From the NCBI RefSeq assembly GCF_001194135.2, contig NC_068981.1:96835838-96878874 (forward strand): a DNA stretch of 43,037 bases, given 5' to 3'. This DNA is from Octopus bimaculoides. Its lineage: Eukaryota. The notes beneath the pieces are model-generated. The model did not search any database, was not told the origin of the DNA, and was given only the letters and a program-made list of their open reading frames with translations. The position numbers were made by a program, and so were the translations under genes. Position 1 is the stretch's first letter. The number at the start of each line of letters is the position of its first letter. Positions 37,440 through 43,037 of this stretch are shown piece by piece.

Positions 37440-37827
37440 GTAAGTAGCTTGCTTTCCAACCACATGGTTCCGGGTTCAGTCCCACTGCGTGGCACCTTGG
37501 GCAAGTGTCTTCTACTATAGCCTCGGGCCGACCAAAGCCTTGTGAGTGGATTTGGTAGACGGAAACTGAAAGAAGCCCGTCGTATATATGTATATATATA
37601 TATATGTATGTGTGTGTATATGTTTGTGAGTCTGTGTTTGTCCCCCAACATCGCTTGACAACCGATGCTGGTGTGTTTACGTCCCCGTAACTTAGCGGTT
37701 CGGCTAAAGAGACCGATAGAATAAGTACTAGGCTTACAAAGAATAAGTCCATGGCGTCGATTACCTCGACTAAAAGGCGGTGCTCCAGCATGGCCACAAT
37801 CAATTGACTGAATCAAGTAAAAGAGTA
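37440..37827 (+). mobile_element. SINE-A, near full length
   Basis: Colinear with 22007-22452. Confidence 0.9.
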
Positions 37828-37864
37828 TTAATTAAAAAAGGGTTTGAGAAGCACTGATGTAGAT

Positions 37865-38060
37865 ATTGGTTTCAAATCTTAGCACGAGGCTAGCAATTTC
37901 AAAGGAGTAGGTAAGTCGATTACATCGACCCCAGTGCTTGACTGATACTTATTTTATCGATCACGAAAAGATGTAAGGCAAAGTTGACCTCGACGGAATT
38001 TGAACTCAGAACGTAGAGACGGACGAAATGCTGCTAACGATTCTGTCAGCTGCCGCCTTG
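37865..38060 (-). mobile_element. SINE-E
   Basis: GTCGATTACATCGACCCCAGTGCTTGACTGATACTTATTTTATCGA...GGAATTTGAACTCAGAACG...CTAACGATTCTGTCAGCTGCCGCC. Confidence 0.85.
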
Positions 38061-38149
38061 AACTGATGTAGATATTACTGCTTGAATTATAATTTGGGTT
38101 TATATGCCATCAGTCAAGTTGCTCCTCTTTGTTTGAAGAGAGTGAATGC

Positions 38150-38385
38150 TGTTTGTGTATTTGTTCTAGTATTGCGTTGTGATGTGAGAATTGTTTCTAT
38201 CATATATCGACTATTTTTGTGGGTAATTCCGGCGGAAACGTTTACACCTACGGTAAAGACGCTGCATCACGCTTCAAATTTCCAATATTCCTTCATCTTG
38301 AAGATGGAACGTTGAAGATCTAGAAACGTTAAGGAGTAGTTTAGAAACAAGACTGGTGTGAATAAACTGCAAGGCATTTTATAGG
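38150..38385 (+). mobile_element. Penelope-like terminal-repeat relic with a degenerate hammerhead at 38288-38336
   Basis: TTCCTT-CATC-TTGAAGA-TGGA-(10 nt)-TCTA-GAAA-CG-TT/AAGGAG, followed by GTGAATAAA. Confidence 0.4.
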
Positions 38386-38709
38386 AGAATGTGAAAAAAA
38401 AAAAAAAAAAAAAAAGCTTGATAAACGGATAAAACTAAAACACAGTCGTGTTTCCTAAACAAAATGTCTAAAAGTAAAGCTCTGTTTCATATATTCCGTC
38501 CTTAACTTTGTTAGGTTTAACACCACGACCTTCTTTTTCTCTATCTATCTATTACCAAACCCCTTTATAAGTACATACACACACCCACACATGCATGCAC
38601 ACGCACACACATAAATAAATACACATACACACATGTTAAATGCATGAGTGTGTTTTAGCTTTTATTTTTTCTTCTTATTATAACACCCATCTGCATTATT
38701 GTTTATATG

Positions 38710-38752
<43 letters not shown>

Positions 38753-40143
38753 ATGCATATATATGTCTGTACATATGTCAATATATACATGTATANNNNN
38801 NNNNNNNNNNNNNNNNNNNNNNNNNNNNNNNNNNNNNNNNNNNNNNNNNNNNNNNNNNNNNNNNNNNNNNNNNNNNNNNNNNNNNNNNNNNNNNNNNNNN
38901 NNNNNNNNNNNNNNNNNNNNNNNNNNNNNNNNNNNNNNNNNNNNNNNNNNNNNNNNNNNNNNNNNNNNNNNNNNNNNNNNNNNNNNNNNNNNNNNNNNNN
39001 NNNNNNNNNNNNNNNNNNNNNNNNNNNNNNNNNNNNNNNNNNNNNNNNNNNNNNNNNNNNNNNNNNNNNNNNNNNNNNNNNNNNNNNNNNNNNNNNNNNN
39101 NNNNNNNNNNNNNNNNNNNNNNNNNNNNNNNNNNNNNNNNNNNNNNNNNNNNNNNNNNNNNNNNNNNNNNNNNNNNNNNNNNNNNNNNNNNNNNNNNNNN
39201 NNNNNNNNNNNNNNNNNNNNNNNNNNNNNNTTTCTTATTACTTTCTTATTTTATTACTTATTTAATTTTATCGTCAGCATCATTACCACCACCACCACCA
39301 CCACCACCACCACCACCATCAGCAACAACAACAACAACAACAACAACAATACTTTCACTACCACCACTGTAATCACCACAACAATCATCATCACCTTTAA
39401 TCATCAATCATCATATTCAATGTCGTCTGCGCTTTTGGTCCGTTTTCACATTATTTTAAGCTTCAACACGCACACACACACACACACTTATACAATGACA
39501 TACATACACAGTCACATACTACCTCCCTCTCTCTCGCTCTCTTTCTCTCTCTCTCTCTCACTCACACAAACTCACACACACATTCGCACACATACACACA
39601 CTAATACAATGACATACATACATAGTCACATACTTCCTCCCTCCCTCCCTCTCTCTCTCTCTCATACACACACACACACACACACACAAACTCACACACA
39701 CGCAAACTCGCACACACACAAACTCACACACACATTCGCACACATACACACACACGAATACAATGACATACATACACTGTCACGTACTCTCTCTCTCTCT
39801 TTCTCTCACTCATACACACACACACACACACACACACATACTTAATAGCAGCAGCACCTGCTGCAGCACTACAAGATGTAGTAAACGAAAAACAGTTAAA
39901 GTAGCAGCAGCAGCAGCAACAACAACAACAACAACAACACAGGCAGCGGCATCACGAAGAGACAATGCGGGATAATGCGCAATCGTTTGGCCTGCTAGAA
40001 ATAGCAACAAAATCTTTTTCAACTCATACCCTACCGTCTTAAATAAGCACAAGCATTTTGCTAATATCGTTAATCTAAGGGTTTATTCTTTTCCTACTTT
40101 CTTCCCTTCGAATCTGGGAAGACCTGGAAATAATTATTTGGCG

Positions 40144-40344
40144 CAGAGGTTCTCCCTCTATCTAAGTCAATGCTTCTTGATACGGCCCCTGGGGTCCATA
40201 TAAGATTTTGTTGTTGAAATTTATCTACGATAAAACTGGTTATGCTTCTATGATACACAAAATGTTTCAACAAATTATATGGAGATCCAGTAAAGTAAAA
40301 TAGGAATCAGTAGGGTTCATAGGCAAAAAATGGTTGAGAACCAC
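40144..40344. mobile_element. hAT-like MITE whose right end is clipped by SINE-A
   Basis: CAGAGGTTCTC ... GGTTGAGAACCAC termini with internal GGGGTCCAT/GGGTTCAT motifs. Confidence 0.5.
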
Positions 40345-40345
40345 A

Positions 40346-40957
40346 CTTTACTCTTTTACTCTTTTACTTTTTTCAGTCATTTATTTGACTGTGGCCATGC
40401 TGGAGCACCGCCTTTAGTCGAGCAAATCGACCCCAGGACTTATTCTTTGGAAGCCTAGTACTTATTCTATCGGTTTCTTTTGTCGAACCGCTAAGTAACG
40501 GGGACGTAAACACACCAGCATCGGTTGTCAAATGATGTTGGGAGGGGGACAAACACTGACAGACAAACATATACACACATACATATATATATACATATAT
40601 ACGACGGGCTTCTTTCAGTTTCCGTCTACCAAATCCACTCACAAGGCTTTGGTCGGCCCGAGGCTATAGTAGAAGACACAAACAATATATGAGTATATGC
40701 ATATATATGTACATGTATGTACATACCTTCATCTACATGTACATATAGATACATATCTGGGTACATGACGTTGCAAAAAAACATGGACAAAATGATAAAC
40801 AAGGTACAAAAAACACGCAGGCCACATAGAGAACATATCCTTCATCAGCTGCCACCATTAAAACAATGGACACTTGCCCAAGGTGCCGCGCAGTGGGAAT
40901 GAACCCGGAACCATGTGGTTGGTAAGCAAGCTACTTACCACACACCACTCCTGCGCC
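40346..40957 (-). mobile_element. SINE-A, full length, interrupted by family B
   Basis: Reverse complement of the SINE-A consensus, with the head ending CCACTCCTGCGCC at 40957. Confidence 0.9.
40680..40868 (-). mobile_element. Family B, copy 3, inserted inside a SINE-A copy
   Basis: It interrupts the SINE-A sequence AGAAGACAC|TTGCCCAAGG and is flanked by a GACAC duplication (40675-40679 and 40869-40873). Confidence 0.8.
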
Positions 40958-41456
40958 CTGCACTGCTCAAAGTCATTAAAGAAAAATTATAATGTAGAAC
41001 TGAATTTATAGGATAATAAAACTTTCTTTTTTTAATTTTTCATACCTCCTGCCAAATTCTAAAGGTTCCACTCTTTTTCCGAATCCTTTTTTTTTTTTTT
41101 TTAATCTGAGTTTAAAATACGGAAAGTTCGAACTTTTTGCTTAAATCCCAGCAATGGACCACCCTTGGGTGTATCATCACTCATTTAATGGTCCTTACAG
41201 GGAGAAGAATATTGAAAAACATCAATACATGTCAGAATGACAAAGAAACGTGGACGGTATCGGCTGATCGTGAGATGTGCTAAACATAACAGCTAAATCA
41301 CCCTTAATTTCCACACACAAACTTTTTTTGTGCATAATAGCATGAATTTCCGTATGTAAAACACAAATTCGCAGAAAGGTTTTGAAAATTCCCAAAAATA
41401 ACAAAGTTATGAGGGTACAGTTCGATATTTAAGAGATGAGGAATTATGTACATTAT

Positions 41457-41675
41457 TTACATTATTATTATTATTATTATCATTATTATCATTATTATTC
41501 AGGTCACTGCTTGGAATCGAACTCGGAATCTTGGGGTTAGTAGCCTGCGCTCTTAACCACTATGCCCACGGGCATATGGCGTAGTGGTTAAGAGCGCAGG
41601 CTACTAACCCCAAGATTCCGAGTTCGATTCCAAGCAGTGACCTGGATAATAATAATAATAATAATAATAATAATC
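41457..41675. repeat. Fold-back element: two tRNA-derived SINE heads head-to-head with outward (AAT)n tails
   Basis: 41500-41566 and 41578-41644 are 67-bp inverted repeats with one mismatch. There is an inner hairpin TATGCCC-AC-GGGCATA (41561-41576). The right arm has an A box TGGCGTAGTGG (41577-41587) and a B box GTTCGATTCC (41622-41631). It is flanked by (TTA)n and (TAA)n. There is no acceptor stem, so it is not a tRNA gene. Confidence 0.9.
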
Positions 41676-41862
41676 ATTTCTATTATAGGCACAAGGCCTG
41701 AAATTTGGGGGAAGGGGCCAGTCGATTAGATCGACGCCAGTACGCAACTGGTACTTAATTTATCGACCCCGAAAGGATGAAAGGCAAAGTTGACCTCAGC
41801 AGCATTTGAACGCAGAACGTAAAGGCGGACAAAACGCCGCTATGAATTTTTCCCGGTGCGGT
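41675..41862 (-). mobile_element. SINE-E directly abutting the tRNA fold-back element
   Basis: TTTCTATTATAGGCACAAGGCC...TTTATCGACCCCGAAAGGATGAAAGGCAAAGTTGACC. Confidence 0.85.
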
Positions 41863-42311
41863 AACCTTAAATAGTAAACTTACCTTCTCGAGTCATGTCG
41901 GTTTCTATGGCGTATAAATTCCTTATGTGGATAGGTCCCTACGCCGGTCTGTCGCAAGATTACTCATTTTTTTTTTGCCAGCTGTGTGGACTGGAACAAC
42001 ATGAAACAAAGTGTTTTGCTCAAGAACACATGTCACCCAGTCCAGGAATCGAAACCACAATCTTACGATCTGTTATATTGCAAATATATAGCTGTATATT
42101 AAGAGATGTCTAAACCATATAATCTCATTTCAAGTTTGTCCTTATTTTATGATTCCACTTAAGTCATAGCTTACGATTGTTGTAACTTTACGACTGTTAC
42201 AAGCTTACGACTGTCGTAACTTTCTCTCTAAGAAAACTGTATCCCAATGTTATCTCTACTGGTGTTTTGTTCTCGCTATTCTTTCTATCCTTCTGTCTCC
42301 TGGTTACTCAG

Positions 42312-42501
42312 TTGGTCAAGGGCAGCAGTTCAGTACCTACCCACATCTAGCAACCCACGATCACAAGCGAATGATCAGCGGACCGGGTGGCGGTCAGGTG
42401 GAGACCAGTGACAAAACAATAAAGATTGTTTTAGAAAACAGAGACTTATGGCAGAAGTTTCACACTCTGGGTACAGAAATGATTATAACCAAGACTGGAC
42501 G
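42312..42501 (+). CDS. Coding exon of a T-box transcription factor (N-terminal part of the T-box); subfamily unresolved
   Basis: Reads (x)GQGQQFSTYPHLATHDHKRMISGPGGGQVETSDKTIKIVLENRDLWQKFHTLGTEMIITKTG(R), matching the T-box start motif L..LW..F...GTEMIITK.GR. It ends in a phase-2 donor CG|GTAAGT at 42501/42502, the conserved T-box intron position before RMFP. A pyrimidine tract plus AG at 42310-42311 gives the likely acceptor; the 5' boundary is less certain, and an in-frame ATG lies at 42371. Confidence 0.93.
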
Positions 42502-42579
42502 GTAAGTATTACCTTCTGAATATTACGGTTTATTTTAATTTATTAGTAAGCCTCAGTACTGAATATCTGCTTCATTTCA

Positions 42580-42977
42580 TTACTCTTTTACTCTTTTATT
42601 TGTTTCAGTCATTTGACTGCGGCCATGCTGGAGCACCGCCTTTAGTCGAGCAAATCGACCCCGGTACTTATTCTTTGTAAGCCTAGTGCATATTCTATCG
42701 GTTCTTTTGCCGAACCGCTAAGTTACGGGGGACATAAACACACCAGCATCGGTTGTCAAGCAATGCTAGGGGGACAAACACAGACACACAAACACACACA
42801 CATATACATATACATATATACGACGGGCTTCTCTCAGTTTCCGTCTACCAAATCCACTCACAAGGCTATGGTCGGCCCGAGATTATAGTAGAAGACACTT
42901 GCCCAAGGTGCCATGCAGTGGGACTGAACCCGGAACCATGTGGTTGGTAAGCAAGCTACTTACCACACAGCCACTCC
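42580..42977 (-). mobile_element. SINE-A, full length, about 80 bp downstream of the T-box donor
   Basis: Reverse complement of the SINE-A consensus. Confidence 0.9.
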
Positions 42978-43037
42978 ATTGGTAAAAAATAAAAAAAAAA
43001 CAACAACGTTGAAAACCTCATCATATTTCTAAGCAGC

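Noticed and set aside
39841-40042. CAG/CAA tract as a poly-Q upstream exon of the T-box gene
   Set aside because: The frame is bounded by stops and has no credible splice donor.
41601-41608. Perfect TACTAAC branch-point motif upstream of the T-box acceptor
   Set aside because: It lies about 700 nt from the AG and is simply the SINE anticodon-like loop.
41570-41644. Possible tRNA gene with anticodon ACT
   Set aside because: There is no acceptor stem and the anticodon stem is weak. It is one arm of a SINE-like palindrome.

Overview
Eukaryotic, AT-rich, gapped (16 N-runs) and microsatellite-saturated DNA. The SINE families and repeat density look like an octopus-type cephalopod genome (inference). 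The only host coding sequence I can support is one exon of a T-box transcription factor at 42312-42501 (+), encoding the start of the T-box (LENRDLWQKFHTLGTEMIITKTGR) with a canonical GTAAGT donor; the ORF track misses it. The rest is intron or upstream DNA filled with at least three tRNA-derived SINE families, RTE-clade LINE 3' fragments (one with a C2H2 finger), an internally deleted Chapaev3-type DNA transposon with a nested SINE, and piggyBac- and hAT-type MITEs. The most interesting signal is a set of minimal type I hammerhead-ribozyme-like motifs of the Penelope/retrozyme kind with non-canonical cores. The best one has a compensatory G3-C8 swap and sits in a 151-bp element with terminal inverted repeats. 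There are also fold-back elements made of head-to-head tRNA-SINE heads. Nearly all ORFs in the supplied track are microsatellite or gap artefacts. All alignments and folds were done by eye and need computational confirmation.
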